Shown here: in pieces, positions 10,139-20,422 of the stretch | How positions within the stretch are numbered: position 1 is the stretch's first letter | How the letters are laid out: each line of letters opens with the position of its first letter | DNA from: Candidatus Altimarinota bacterium | GTDB taxonomy: Bacteria > Patescibacteriota > Gracilibacteria > UBA1369 | Length of the DNA: 64,000 nucleotides | Direction of reading: 5' to 3' | Assembly: GCA_963677745.1 (NCBI GenBank) | Contig: OY782391.1 | Coordinates: 192,448-256,447, forward strand | Notes under the pieces: model-generated | The model's input: the letters and a program-made list of their open reading frames with translations, nothing else | Told to the model about the DNA's origin: nothing | The model's database searches: none | Position numbers and translations under genes: made by a program

Positions 10139-11439
10139 AATTCCACGGTCAGCGGTTTGGACAAAATTTCCCTCACCACCTGACGGTCATCCCAGGGCTC
10201 GCGGCCATAGGCCAGTACCTGCACGGATTCAGCCCCCTTACCGGCAATTACCACGGTGTCTCCCGGCTGGGCGGAATTGAGTGCAAATTTGATGGCTTCA
10301 TAACGGGTCGGCATTTTCCACAGACCGTGTCCCTCTTCTCTTTTGATACCGGCAGCAATCTGTTCGATAATTCCATAACGGTTTTCTTCATAGGGATCAT
10401 CATCAGTCAGGACAATCTGATCGGCATACTGATCGGCCAGTTCACCCATCTTGGCCCGTTTTCCCTTGTCCCGGCCGCCGCCGGTGGCTCCAAACACGGC
10501 ATAGAGTTTGCCGGGAGTTCCGGCCTTATACAATTGCAAAAGTTTACCGAGACTATCTGCGGTGTGGGCGTAATCGACAATCACGGCATACGGCTGTCCG
10601 CAATCAATTTGCTCAAAACGGCCGGCAATGGTAGTGGCTTTCTCCAGGGCCGCCTTGATCACGTTGGCGGAAATGCCGCAGGAAAGCGCCACGGTGGCGG
10701 CCGCCAAAGCGTTATAGACGCTGAACTGCCCCGGCATCCGCAAATTGATGTTTACCTTATTATTGGGCATATGCAGAACAAAGGTAGACCCCGTCTGGGC
10801 ATAAACAATATCGGTCGCGTAACAATTGCCGCTCTTCAATCCGTAAGTATATTTGCGGTCGGCATTGTACTGATCAAAATATGAAAAATTACCGTCATCC
10901 TGATTGACCACCGAAACCTTGGAAATTTTCGGTTTCCTGGCCTGCCGGTTGAGACGGGCAAACAGCAATCCCTTGGCCCTCAAATACTCCTTGAATCCTC
11001 CATGATAATCCAGATGATCCTCACCGATATTGGTCATGACAGCCGTGTCAAAATTGATACCCCAAACCCGGTTTTGGACCAGCGAATGCGAAGATACCTC
11101 TATCACCGCAAACTGGCAGCGGTCCACTACCATCTCCCTCAACATCCGTTGAACAAAAAATGGACTCAGTGTGGTCATTTTGCTCTCATTGAACCAGCGC
11201 CTTTCGGCGATCTGGAAATTGGTGGTGGAAGTAAGACCCACCCTAAAACCGGCCTCCTCCAGTACCAGCGCAATCAGATTGGTGGTGGTGGTTTTACCCT
11301 TGGTTCCGGTTACCCCGATCACCTGAAGCTGACGTGAAGGAAAACCATAGAGCAGACAAGCCGTCACCGCCATCAGTTTGTGATAAAAAAGACGCAGCGG
11401 ATGCCGGTCGGGAATCATTTTTTTGAGATATCTGATCAA
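10135..11439 (-). CDS. murE: Mur ligase, UDP-N-acetylmuramoyl-tripeptide synthetase-like (short N-terminal domain)
   Basis: P-loop GVTGTKGKTTT, then DYAHTADSL and FGATGGGRDKGKRAKMG ... LTDDDPYEE. The P-loop lies at residues ~42-51. Confidence 0.8.
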   Translation of the reverse strand: MIRYLKKMIPDRHPLRLFYHKLMAVTACLLYGFPSRQLQVIGVTGTKGKTTTTNLIALVLEEAGFRVGLTSTTNFQIAERRWFNESKMTTLSPFFVQRMLREMVVDRCQFAVIEVSSHSLVQNRVWGINFDTAVMTNIGEDHLDYHGGFKEYLRAKGLLFARLNRQARKPKISKVSVVNQDDGNFSYFDQYNADRKYTYGLKSGNCYATDIVYAQTGSTFVLHMPNNKVNINLRMPGQFSVYNALAAATVALSCGISANVIKAALEKATTIAGRFEQIDCGQPYAVIVDYAHTADSLGKLLQLYKAGTPGKLYAVFGATGGGRDKGKRAKMGELADQYADQIVLTDDDPYEENRYGIIEQIAAGIKREEGHGLWKMPTRYEAIKFALNSAQPGDTVVIAGKGAESVQVLAYGREPWDDRQVVREILSKPLTVEL

Positions 11440-11466
11440 GTCGGTCTTGGGTTAAATAATGATTGG

Positions 11467-12813
11467 TTATGTGGATTCTAATATCTTTTTTCTGCGGGGC
11501 AAAATGCATAATGCAATAATCAGCCAAAAGAGCATGGCCAGATCATTTTTAAACAGATAGGTATCCACCAAGCCGTGCAATAACATTACCATCAAAAGTG
11601 AAATCCCGATTAAACGGAAAAACTGATCATCATAAACCTTATTCCAGATAATTCTTTTGAAACAAAAGATCACCAGTCCCACAAACATCACCAGGCCCGC
11701 CAGGCCCAGATTAAGCCAAACCGCCACCAGCGTGTTGTGCGGATGAATCATCACCCATTCATAAGGCTCATGTCCCAGAACACGCGTCGATTCCAAATTA
11801 TAAAGCGGCTCAAACTGGCCAAAACCGATTCCCAGCAAGGGATGATTCCAGACCAGATCCCCCGCCACCTGATAGACCTGCAAACGCACACTGCTGGAAC
11901 TTCTCTGCTGAAATTCCGTAAACAGCTTCCACTTCTCGGTGTTGGCAAACAACAGCAGGCCGGAAAACAGAATAATCACCGCGAACACTCCCAAAAAATA
12001 AGAAATTTTCTTTAATAAAAACAGCTGCTCCACTTTTTCAAATCGCCGGTTGATCAAAAATGCCGCCAGCAGAAATCCCAACAGCGCCAGCATCACCGCC
12101 ATGATCGCGGCATAGGAATGTGTCATTAACAATGCTACCGAATACAAAACGGCCAGCAACATTCCCACCAAAAACCTGGGCAGTTTAAAGCCCTGAAGAA
12201 TACCCCGCACAATCATTATCCACAGTGCGGTAACCGCCGGGGCCAGATACATAGCCAGATAGTTGGCATTTATGAAGGGGCCGGAAGCACGACCGTCCAG
12301 GGTAATGAAATTACCGCTGGTATATTGGTAAAAAGCCCAAATTACCAATGGTAACGCGGAAAAAACATAAGCATAGATGGAATTGAACAGCTGGGATTTG
12401 CTTTCCGTGTTGAATCTCAACAGACAAAAATAAAGCCAGGGGATAACGATCCATCCCTTGAGAATTCCCCAAGCCGTTCTTTTTGATTCGTAAATGGAGT
12501 TTCCGTCCATCATCAGAGTCTTTTCCGGCACGATCATTACCGCCACCAGTGAAATTGCCAGCAATAACAAACTCAGCACTAAAAAATTCCTGTTCTGTCT
12601 GAAAAAGTATATCACATCAGATTTCCATTTTCTAGCAACACGTAATCGGACAATCATCCAGAACAACAATTGCCAAAACAGCAACAAAATCACCGCCAAT
12701 TCCAGAACATTGAACGGTACCCGCCACATCTCCAACTTAACCAGATAAAGAGGAAAAATCAGGGGCAACACAAAGATCAAATTTTGCGGACGCAGCCAGT
12801 CGGGTATCTTCAT
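11467..12813 (-). CDS. O-antigen ligase / Wzy-like polytopic membrane protein
   Basis: 448 aa with ≥10 TM helices. It has a Wzy_C-like segment: HPHNTLVAVWLNLGLAGLVMF. Confidence 0.7.
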   Translation of the reverse strand: MKIPDWLRPQNLIFVLPLIFPLYLVKLEMWRVPFNVLELAVILLLFWQLLFWMIVRLRVARKWKSDVIYFFRQNRNFLVLSLLLLAISLVAVMIVPEKTLMMDGNSIYESKRTAWGILKGWIVIPWLYFCLLRFNTESKSQLFNSIYAYVFSALPLVIWAFYQYTSGNFITLDGRASGPFINANYLAMYLAPAVTALWIMIVRGILQGFKLPRFLVGMLLAVLYSVALLMTHSYAAIMAVMLALLGFLLAAFLINRRFEKVEQLFLLKKISYFLGVFAVIILFSGLLLFANTEKWKLFTEFQQRSSSSVRLQVYQVAGDLVWNHPLLGIGFGQFEPLYNLESTRVLGHEPYEWVMIHPHNTLVAVWLNLGLAGLVMFVGLVIFCFKRIIWNKVYDDQFFRLIGISLLMVMLLHGLVDTYLFKNDLAMLFWLIIALCILPRRKKILEST

Positions 12814-12822
12814 TTTAAAAAG

Positions 12823-13134
12823 CTAAAGACCTTCCCGAACCGTCTTATCTTTTTCCAGCTGGGAACGCAGTTTTTGTTCCAGTAAATCGACTCCTTCTTC
12901 CACTGTCAGACAATCGGTCTCCGCGCGTAAAGTCCCCTGGGGAACAGCGGCCGTAATGGCCATCAGAATCTTTTTATCACTGGAAAGATGTTCCTGAAAT
13001 TCAACATCAACCCGCACTACCACGGAAGGATCTTCCATGATCTTGAAAATAGACAGAGACTCCACTTTCCCGGTGATGTAATCCTCCTGCCGGTCCGACA
13101 AACGCAGTCCTTTTTGATGAAAATTGATTTGCAT
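12823..13134 (-). CDS. hpf: Ribosome hibernation promoting factor (S30AE/RaiA family, short form)
   Basis: MQINFHQKGLRLSDRQEDYITGKVESL... is typical of the family. I chose the internal ATG at 13134. The track ORF extends to 13188. Confidence 0.8.
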   Translation of the reverse strand: MQINFHQKGLRLSDRQEDYITGKVESLSIFKIMEDPSVVVRVDVEFQEHLSSDKKILMAITAAVPQGTLRAETDCLTVEEGVDLLEQKLRSQLEKDKTVREGL

Positions 13135-13260
13135 GTTTATTGAGGTTAATTCCGGGGAAATTATAAGACCTTCAAGACCCAAAGTCACCCCCTTTGCATT
13201 GACTGAAAAAGATAGCCGGGCAGAAGGCTTCTTTTCCTATAAACACCCGAACCTGGATAT

Positions 13261-13289
13261 TTGCGGAAAAGACGATTTTTTGCTAGAAT
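13261..13289 (+). promoter_or_regulatory. Sigma-70-type promoter candidate (TTGCGG-17 nt-TGcTAGAAT, extended -10)
   Basis: TTGCGG at 13261-13266 and TAGAAT at 13284-13289 with a 17-nt spacer. A TG lies 1 nt upstream of the -10. The site is 27 nt upstream of the ATG at 13316. Confidence 0.5.
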
Positions 13290-13315
13290 ATAAAGATATA
13301 TTTTTAGGCCTTCAT

Positions 13316-13786
13316 ATGGTTAATACAAAAACACAAGCAACTTTTGCCCAGCGTACCGCCACCAGAGTAGAGCAGGAAAACACCTGGCAGCAATACAACG
13401 CCGAAGCCAAGTTCAACTCCAAAAGCATGGTCAAAAGCCTGGAGGAACTGGCCGCCAAGGTTTTCCCCTCCGACGCCTTCAACAGCAACGCCTACCAGGA
13501 AGCCATGGTAAATTCCCTCACCGAAACCATCTCTCCGGAAATCGGAGTGAAAGATTTCTGGAAAGCTCTGGGAAAAGCCGGCTGCAAAACGCTGCGCATT
13601 GTCGAGGGACATTTAAACTTTTTCGACGGCGAAAATCAGAAAATGGACATTACAGCCTATACCCAACCAATTGTCTTTGAAGCCCATTCCAGTTTCTACA
13701 AGCAAAGACAGATGGAGCGTGAAGCACGCATCGAGGAAGCCCGCAAGCAATTACAGGAACTGCTCAAGGAAATTCACCGCCGCTAA
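13316..13786 (+). CDS. Hypothetical protein (156 aa), first gene of the giant-ORF unit
   Basis: ATG at 13316 just downstream of the promoter candidate. The C-terminus is helical and charged (RQMEREARIEEARKQLQELLKEIHRR). I recognise no family. Confidence 0.5.
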   Translation: MVNTKTQATFAQRTATRVEQENTWQQYNAEAKFNSKSMVKSLEELAAKVFPSDAFNSNAYQEAMVNSLTETISPEIGVKDFWKALGKAGCKTLRIVEGHLNFFDGENQKMDITAYTQPIVFEAHSSFYKQRQMEREARIEEARKQLQELLKEIHRR

Positions 13787-13880
13787 AGGCAGCCCCACCT
13801 CCCCCACCCGCCCGGTGGGCAGAATATCAAAAGGGCCTTAACCAATTCTAAAAAACAAATAAAAAAATAAAGCAACGACC

Positions 13881-16800
13881 ATGAAAGACTTCGAAAACAA
13901 CAATCTTCTCCGCTTCCCGGAACAAAACCAGAACCCCTTCCGTGAAAAAAGAACGGTCTGGATGAGTCCCGTCGAACAACAGTCGGAAAAACCGGCCGCC
14001 GGACCGGGAGTCGACATCAACAAGTCTGATTTTGACAATCTCGCCTTTAAAAACGAGTCCAGGGAAAATTTTGAAAAAATGGGCGGCAGCATCGACCAGA
14101 CAATTAAGAACCTGCTCAAAAAGCTGAAAGTGGAAAACAAAGAGCTGACCGAAGATCAGATTAATTTGCTCAGCGGAGAATTCCGCGAAGGTCTGCAAAA
14201 ATCCGTTGCTGACAAATGGACTTCCATTGCCGACAAGATCAAACAACCGGCCAGCCCCGCTCCCTCCCCCGCCGACGCACTGGATAAATTCCAAAACGGA
14301 CTGAAAGACCTCAATTGTATCCAGATCGGATTGGTCCATGACAACAGTGATGACACCACCAAATTCAAATTTTATTCAAAAACCGGAGAAATTGTTTTCC
14401 CCGCCACGGACATCGCCATTCAGTATGTACCAAAACAGGCCAGAGAAGCTGTTGCCGGAATGGAACAGGAAAAAGGCCTGCAGCAATTCACGGTCGCCAA
14501 AAACGCCCCCAAGGACAGGATGACTGGAGGAATCGACAACCTGAAATTTCTGGAAAGCCAGGGAGTCACCCCCAAAGACGGCGACTGGGTGGAGGTTATT
14601 CGCGGAACTAACAAAATCAAAGCTCAGTATGTGGAAAAAGACAAAAAATTTATTACCGAGGCCAAGACCCCGCTCTGGCTGATCGCCGGAGATAAAATCG
14701 AGTATCGACCAAAGGCCGTGGAGAAACCGGCGGCACAAATAGATGTAAACATCGACGGCACACCTTACGGAATCGTCCAGCAAATCGACCTGCCTGCCGG
14801 CACTACCTACTTGCAGGTGGCAGAGGCAATCATCAATAACAAAGGCAAACTGAACAACCAGCCCCTGGTGGAAGATGAAACAGTGACCCGGGTTACCAGA
14901 ACCAAAATCAGCGTACCCGAGTATGCCGAACTGCTCAAAAAAGCCCATGACGCCATGAAAGGACAACGTCTGCCAATTATCATTCCGGAAGCGCCTAAAG
15001 GCAGAAAAGAAGCAGGGGAAACAAAAAGAGAACAGCAGGAAACCAAAGTCAGAACTGAAAGAGAACAGGCCGCCAGCAAAGCCACCGATCAGTACGAATC
15101 CAAAAAAGCACTGCATACAATACAGATGGAACTGTATAACCGCGACCCCGAGAAATGGACTGAACTGAAAGCCCTGATTGCCGAATATGACGCCAAACTG
15201 GCAGCAGTTCCCAAAAACTCGGAACAATTCAATGAGTTATGGGAAGAATTCTGGGACAAAATGGAAGGCTTCTTCAAGAACGCCGGTCTGTCCCGTTCCG
15301 TCAGCAACGAAACCTATCTGGCCATGAAAGCCGGCAAAGACAGTTCCGCCTGGAAAGAAATGTGGGACGAAAAAAATCCCGGAGCCCAGAAAATCATCAA
15401 TATCATCGGGAAAAATCCTAAAGTTTTCACGGATAAAGAGCAGACCAAGCCCAATATGATCAGAAATAATATCTGGAAGCTGGTTTATGATACCGGAGAC
15501 GGACAAAGTTTTGATTCGGAAGATATTATCAATACCTTCGGCATCAAACTTCCCAATGAGATGAATTACGAGGACGTGCTGGCGCTGGCTGCTGCTCCTG
15601 ACACCGCCCTCAAAACGCCCGCCCTGAAAAGTCTTAAATCACTCTGTGACCAGTACGGAGGAGCCATCGAGGAATTGGCCAATGCCATCCACGATCTTAA
15701 CCCAAGCCTGACCCGCCGCGGTGCAGGCAAACGTGAACATGAAAAATTGTCAGAAAAAGCCCCCGACTTCGCCAGGGATCTCAAAACCATGGTGGACCTG
15801 CTTAATGTAGACTCCTCCACCGCCATCAAACAGGAAGATGAAAGAAATTATTCCTGTATCGTGGAAAAGAGCGGCAAGAGACTGATGCTCAGATCAACCA
15901 AAACCTCCGCCGGACAAACCCTGTCCGTCCTAGATCCGGACAATGGTACTCCCCTGATGAAGGAATATGATTACGGCAGACTGGACCAGCAGGATTATAT
16001 CGATAAAATCAATTCCATCTTCAATACGATGGCCAAATCGGTCACTGCGGAACGGGCAGGAGAAAAACCGCTGGCCGAAATCGCACTGACTCCCAATTCC
16101 AAACCTACTTTCCACAGCCTGCGCGACCTGGAGAGTCTGAACAAAGGTATTCCGGGCATGCCGGTCAAAGATCTTCTGGAAACCGGTAAAACCGGCGGTA
16201 CCAGATTCGGCTTTGATATAGATAACCTCAAAAACACCCTGACCGACGGACTGAAAACTGCACTCACGCGTATGGGTGTATTAAATAGTGCCAAGTTTGT
16301 GGACAGCCCCGCCAACCGGGTGGAAATGCAGGGCAACGATTCCGCGCTGGTAAATGTCCGTTACCGTGGAAAGGATTTGACCATGAAATTTGAAAACACC
16401 ACTGCCGGATACAATGTATATATAGCATCCGGTTTCAACCAGCCCGCCGACAAAATGACTCAGGTTCATTCAGAATGGGGCTCGATGGACAGTCAGGATG
16501 ATTTTATTAAGACGATGGATGAGGGCGTCAACAAACTTCCTGCCAATGCTGCCAAGATGGAAACCCAAAACCAGAACTCCGAAAGAATTACGGCCTCTGC
16601 CAAATGTTTTACGGATTTTAACAACAAGCTCGCCGAATATGCCAAATCTGTCGGTTACAAGGTCGACCTGAGCCTGACATACAGCCAGTTCGTGGAAGCA
16701 GTATTCCGCAGCCACTCCTTTGCAGATCTAAAAACCGAAGGTTGCGTGGCCAAAGTCAAAGGACAGGAAAAAGCCTTTATTCTGACTTCCCTGCCCGCCA

Positions 16801-19800
16801 AATTGCAGGATATCGGACACAATCTGCAACTATTACAGCTGGTCTACAGTATTAAATTCGGCACAGTCGGTGACCGCAGTTATGTCAACCTGACCTCCGC
16901 CGCCAGCGAAAAAGCCCGCGAATCAGTAGATACCCAACAAAAGTACGAACACCGTCTTAAGCAGCTGTTTGCCTACGGACTGACCGACTTCGACCAGGAA
17001 GGCCGAAAAGTCACCATGGGCGACACTGGCGTAGGCCGGGAATCAACCACCTACAGCAGCAAAGATGAGTATTTCAAAAAAGCCAGCGGCAACGCCGCCT
17101 ACAACGAATTCCAAATGTCCTTCCGCCGGTTTGATGCCAACGGCCGGGAAATCATGGACGTGCCCGCTGCCAACAAACGTCTCAATGATCTTTTCCAGAA
17201 AGGTTTGGCCAAATTGGACATGTTGAAAAGAGCACAACCTGCCTACAAGGAACTTGCCGAAAAAGTAGACAAGGCCGGCCTGAAAAACCGCGGCCCTCTA
17301 GATCTTAACCAGGAAAAAGACTTTACCGATCTGGAGGCGCAGGTGATTAGATTAGGCTACCTGAACTTCTCGGAGATGCAGGAGCTGGAACAAACCAAAA
17401 CACTGGAAAAAGCCAAAGAAGAATTGGTCGCTAATATCTTGAACCTGTTTCCGGACACCATAGTTGAGCCCAATGGTAAAACACATTCCAAACAAGAAAT
17501 CGGCACCGCACTCAAACAACTACCATTTGGAGTACTCCTGAGTTATTCATACGATTCCAATACAGATACTCATGCGGGAGGAATACATGTGCCGTTTATT
17601 CTGGATGTTTTCGGCAGCAAATACGCCAAACTGGTATTGGCACCCAGTGTAGGCAGCCAGGGAGTCGGACTTACCGTAGGTCTGGCCTTTACCAGTGAAG
17701 ATCCTCAGAATAAAGAACAGCGCGTGATCGTTTATGGAGGAGTGTCGATGGGAGCCACCCTCGGCCCCAACACCAGCTTTGGTGCAGCCATTAGCGGTGG
17801 CATAGATTTCAAAATATGCAAAGCCGATGAGATGGACAACTTCAACTATTATATAGGTTTGAAAGGAAACGCCGGAATTAATCTCGCCAAAAACCCCGCC
17901 GAAATGCTGGGTGGAGGTGTGGGTATAAAGCTTCTGGAATGGAAAATCGATACCGAACAAACTCTCATCAATGCCCGCAATAAGAGATTTACCGAGGAAG
18001 GAATTAAGGCTCCTCTCGATCAACTGGCAGCCATTTACAAAAATGGCAGCAAACCGCAGGAAATTAAAAATTTCTGCGACAGTCTTAAAGGAAACAAAGC
18101 TCTGGCTGAAAAAATCGGTCTGACGGCTGAAGATATGGCTCCAGGAAACGAAGCCAACATACTGATGAAATTTGAACAATTCGTGGGAGCTGTCACTGAA
18201 GATTTCTACAACACCTTTGATCTACCGCTAGTCATTGGAGGTGAAGTCAATTTCGGAGTAACACACGGTGTTCTGATTGCTTCCGGAGCAGCAACGGGCA
18301 ACATTCCTCTGGTTCTCGGAACAATCGTTGGCTGGGGCATACAGTTTCTGGCCAGTCTCAACTTCAATGTTGGTTCCCGCCAGGTCATGACCCGCGAACA
18401 GCGTACCAGCGAAGGCAACATGGAAGCCTTCAACGACCTCAAGACCCAGGAGCAGTTCGACAAAGCCTTCACCAGCTTCCGCAGGGACAGCGGTTCACAG
18501 GAATACTATACCTCCGGCCGCAATCTCAATACCAAGGAAGGCGGTATTCGAACCGAAATGGGAAAATCCAACAGTGCCAACCTGGAAATCAATAATTTTG
18601 AAACCCAGTTGGGGGCTTTCAATGAAACACTGACAGCCAAAAACATTCCGATGCGTATCCAGTCCAATCCCGACAAAACCATCGAAGTAATTTTGCTCAA
18701 TTCACAGGCAGCCAATAATGAAAGAATTCTTTTCTCGCCCGATGTGGCCACCGTCGTCAACGGACGCATCTTCCTGAAAAATCCCAACGCCCTGACCAAC
18801 CTTTATTTCAATCAGCAAAGCCGTGTTTATCCGCTGGAGACAAGCCACGGAGCAACCATTGAAACCATTATCACGGTTTCCAACAACCGCTTCAACAAAG
18901 CTGCCGACTTCCCCACCGAATTTTCTGTAACCAGACTGGCCGACAACAAAGACAAGCCGGTCTTCGGGGGCGAAAAAGTCCCCGCCGGAGCTCCGGAATC
19001 CTATAAACGGATTGAGATTAACCGCGTGGAAATCAAGGGAGATCAGGACAGAATGGCCAACGCACTCAACCAGAGCCAGTCCCAGGAAGCCAAGGAAAAT
19101 ATCAGACCCGATCTTAAGGAACAGGCTAAACGAATTTTAGCCTATACCAACAGCAAGCGCGAAACATTCATCTCCATCACCAACGACGAATCCAAAGAAA
19201 ACCTGGAAAATCCCAATTATTTTTCACAAAAACTTCACAGCTTTTATCAGGATTTTGCCAAAGACAAGAAAGCAGAACCTTTCAATGCACATGAAATGCG
19301 TATGCTGACATTGGAATTGTCCACCCTGCGCTATACCGAAATGATGAACAGTGCCACCGGCGTAACCGAAAGAGCCAAAGTGTTCGAGGACAGAATGAAA
19401 TGGGCGGAAAAAACACTCACTCCTTATTTTGACAGAAGAATTGCCGAGATAAATGCCCAGCTGGAAGCCACCGGCAAACCAAAGATTACTCATACCGGCA
19501 AGGAACTGGCTCTGAAAGCCACCCAGGATCTGCTGTACATGTCCACCAAGATGCCCAAGACCGAACTGCCACCTGGCACATCGGTATTTGTTGCCATCGG
19601 CCGCGGAGCTAACGGTCTCAACCAGATTCTGGACGGATCAAAAAATCCCGCCGATGAAGCGGAAAAAGGAATGGTGGATCAGTACGGCTATATCATGGGT
19701 AAAGATTACACTCAAATTATCAGAAGGGCTGAACCGGGCAATCTTGACTATGAAATTGGTCTGATCTTAATGGGACAACTTTCCAAACTTCCGGAAACAA

Positions 19801-20390
19801 AAGATGTTAAAAACTTTATGGACAGCAGTCTGGCCAGAAAACTGGCTTCCAACGGCGGTCTGCGTTTTATCTTGGGCAAACAGGCTTATGATGAAGTAAT
19901 CAGTCACTACAACTCCCCTTCCGACACCGCCTCTGCCGGCGTAACAAAATTCATGGAAGTTGTAAAACAGGTTCGTGAAGCACAGCTGGCAGGCAAGGAA
20001 AGCATCACAGTAACCGGCGAAAAAGGAGTGAAATTCCTGCTGCGCGTAGTCACGAACGTGCAATCCGGTATCTTTAACCGCTGCGGTAACTTCAGCTCCA
20101 TCATCACCGAAGACGTAGTCATTATGCCTCCTCCGATCGAGGACGCCATGGGACTGTTTGCTGCAGGCAGCGAAGCCAGAACCACCCTCAATGTCCAGAC
20201 CTACAAAGAATTCCTGGGACTGTTCGGCGGAGTCACCGCGGCAGTTACCCTGCCTACGGGTGGACCAGGCGCTGCACCCGCCAGTACCGGCGGATCGGGA
20301 GGTGAAACAGGAGGAACAACCGGATCCGGTCAGGGAGGCACGGTTGAAGCAGGACAAGGAGCAGGTACGGCAGAAACAGGATCATTTTAA
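13881..20390 (+). CDS. Giant hypothetical protein (2169 aa), no signal peptide, central Gly-rich amphipathic beta region, Gly/Thr-rich C-terminal tail
   Basis: Uninterrupted 6.5-kb ORF. Only short antisense shadow ORFs overlap it. I recognise no catalytic motif. Confidence 0.8.
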   Translation: MKDFENNNLLRFPEQNQNPFREKRTVWMSPVEQQSEKPAAGPGVDINKSDFDNLAFKNESRENFEKMGGSIDQTIKNLLKKLKVENKELTEDQINLLSGEFREGLQKSVADKWTSIADKIKQPASPAPSPADALDKFQNGLKDLNCIQIGLVHDNSDDTTKFKFYSKTGEIVFPATDIAIQYVPKQAREAVAGMEQEKGLQQFTVAKNAPKDRMTGGIDNLKFLESQGVTPKDGDWVEVIRGTNKIKAQYVEKDKKFITEAKTPLWLIAGDKIEYRPKAVEKPAAQIDVNIDGTPYGIVQQIDLPAGTTYLQVAEAIINNKGKLNNQPLVEDETVTRVTRTKISVPEYAELLKKAHDAMKGQRLPIIIPEAPKGRKEAGETKREQQETKVRTEREQAASKATDQYESKKALHTIQMELYNRDPEKWTELKALIAEYDAKLAAVPKNSEQFNELWEEFWDKMEGFFKNAGLSRSVSNETYLAMKAGKDSSAWKEMWDEKNPGAQKIINIIGKNPKVFTDKEQTKPNMIRNNIWKLVYDTGDGQSFDSEDIINTFGIKLPNEMNYEDVLALAAAPDTALKTPALKSLKSLCDQYGGAIEELANAIHDLNPSLTRRGAGKREHEKLSEKAPDFARDLKTMVDLLNVDSSTAIKQEDERNYSCIVEKSGKRLMLRSTKTSAGQTLSVLDPDNGTPLMKEYDYGRLDQQDYIDKINSIFNTMAKSVTAERAGEKPLAEIALTPNSKPTFHSLRDLESLNKGIPGMPVKDLLETGKTGGTRFGFDIDNLKNTLTDGLKTALTRMGVLNSAKFVDSPANRVEMQGNDSALVNVRYRGKDLTMKFENTTAGYNVYIASGFNQPADKMTQVHSEWGSMDSQDDFIKTMDEGVNKLPANAAKMETQNQNSERITASAKCFTDFNNKLAEYAKSVGYKVDLSLTYSQFVEAVFRSHSFADLKTEGCVAKVKGQEKAFILTSLPAKLQDIGHNLQLLQLVYSIKFGTVGDRSYVNLTSAASEKARESVDTQQKYEHRLKQLFAYGLTDFDQEGRKVTMGDTGVGRESTTYSSKDEYFKKASGNAAYNEFQMSFRRFDANGREIMDVPAANKRLNDLFQKGLAKLDMLKRAQPAYKELAEKVDKAGLKNRGPLDLNQEKDFTDLEAQVIRLGYLNFSEMQELEQTKTLEKAKEELVANILNLFPDTIVEPNGKTHSKQEIGTALKQLPFGVLLSYSYDSNTDTHAGGIHVPFILDVFGSKYAKLVLAPSVGSQGVGLTVGLAFTSEDPQNKEQRVIVYGGVSMGATLGPNTSFGAAISGGIDFKICKADEMDNFNYYIGLKGNAGINLAKNPAEMLGGGVGIKLLEWKIDTEQTLINARNKRFTEEGIKAPLDQLAAIYKNGSKPQEIKNFCDSLKGNKALAEKIGLTAEDMAPGNEANILMKFEQFVGAVTEDFYNTFDLPLVIGGEVNFGVTHGVLIASGAATGNIPLVLGTIVGWGIQFLASLNFNVGSRQVMTREQRTSEGNMEAFNDLKTQEQFDKAFTSFRRDSGSQEYYTSGRNLNTKEGGIRTEMGKSNSANLEINNFETQLGAFNETLTAKNIPMRIQSNPDKTIEVILLNSQAANNERILFSPDVATVVNGRIFLKNPNALTNLYFNQQSRVYPLETSHGATIETIITVSNNRFNKAADFPTEFSVTRLADNKDKPVFGGEKVPAGAPESYKRIEINRVEIKGDQDRMANALNQSQSQEAKENIRPDLKEQAKRILAYTNSKRETFISITNDESKENLENPNYFSQKLHSFYQDFAKDKKAEPFNAHEMRMLTLELSTLRYTEMMNSATGVTERAKVFEDRMKWAEKTLTPYFDRRIAEINAQLEATGKPKITHTGKELALKATQDLLYMSTKMPKTELPPGTSVFVAIGRGANGLNQILDGSKNPADEAEKGMVDQYGYIMGKDYTQIIRRAEPGNLDYEIGLILMGQLSKLPETKDVKNFMDSSLARKLASNGGLRFILGKQAYDEVISHYNSPSDTASAGVTKFMEVVKQVREAQLAGKESITVTGEKGVKFLLRVVTNVQSGIFNRCGNFSSIITEDVVIMPPPIEDAMGLFAAGSEARTTLNVQTYKEFLGLFGGVTAAVTLPTGGPGAAPASTGGSGGETGGTTGSGQGGTVEAGQGAGTAETGSF

Positions 20391-20422
20391 ATATAAAAAT
20401 AAAAAATCTTCAAAAAAAAGAT

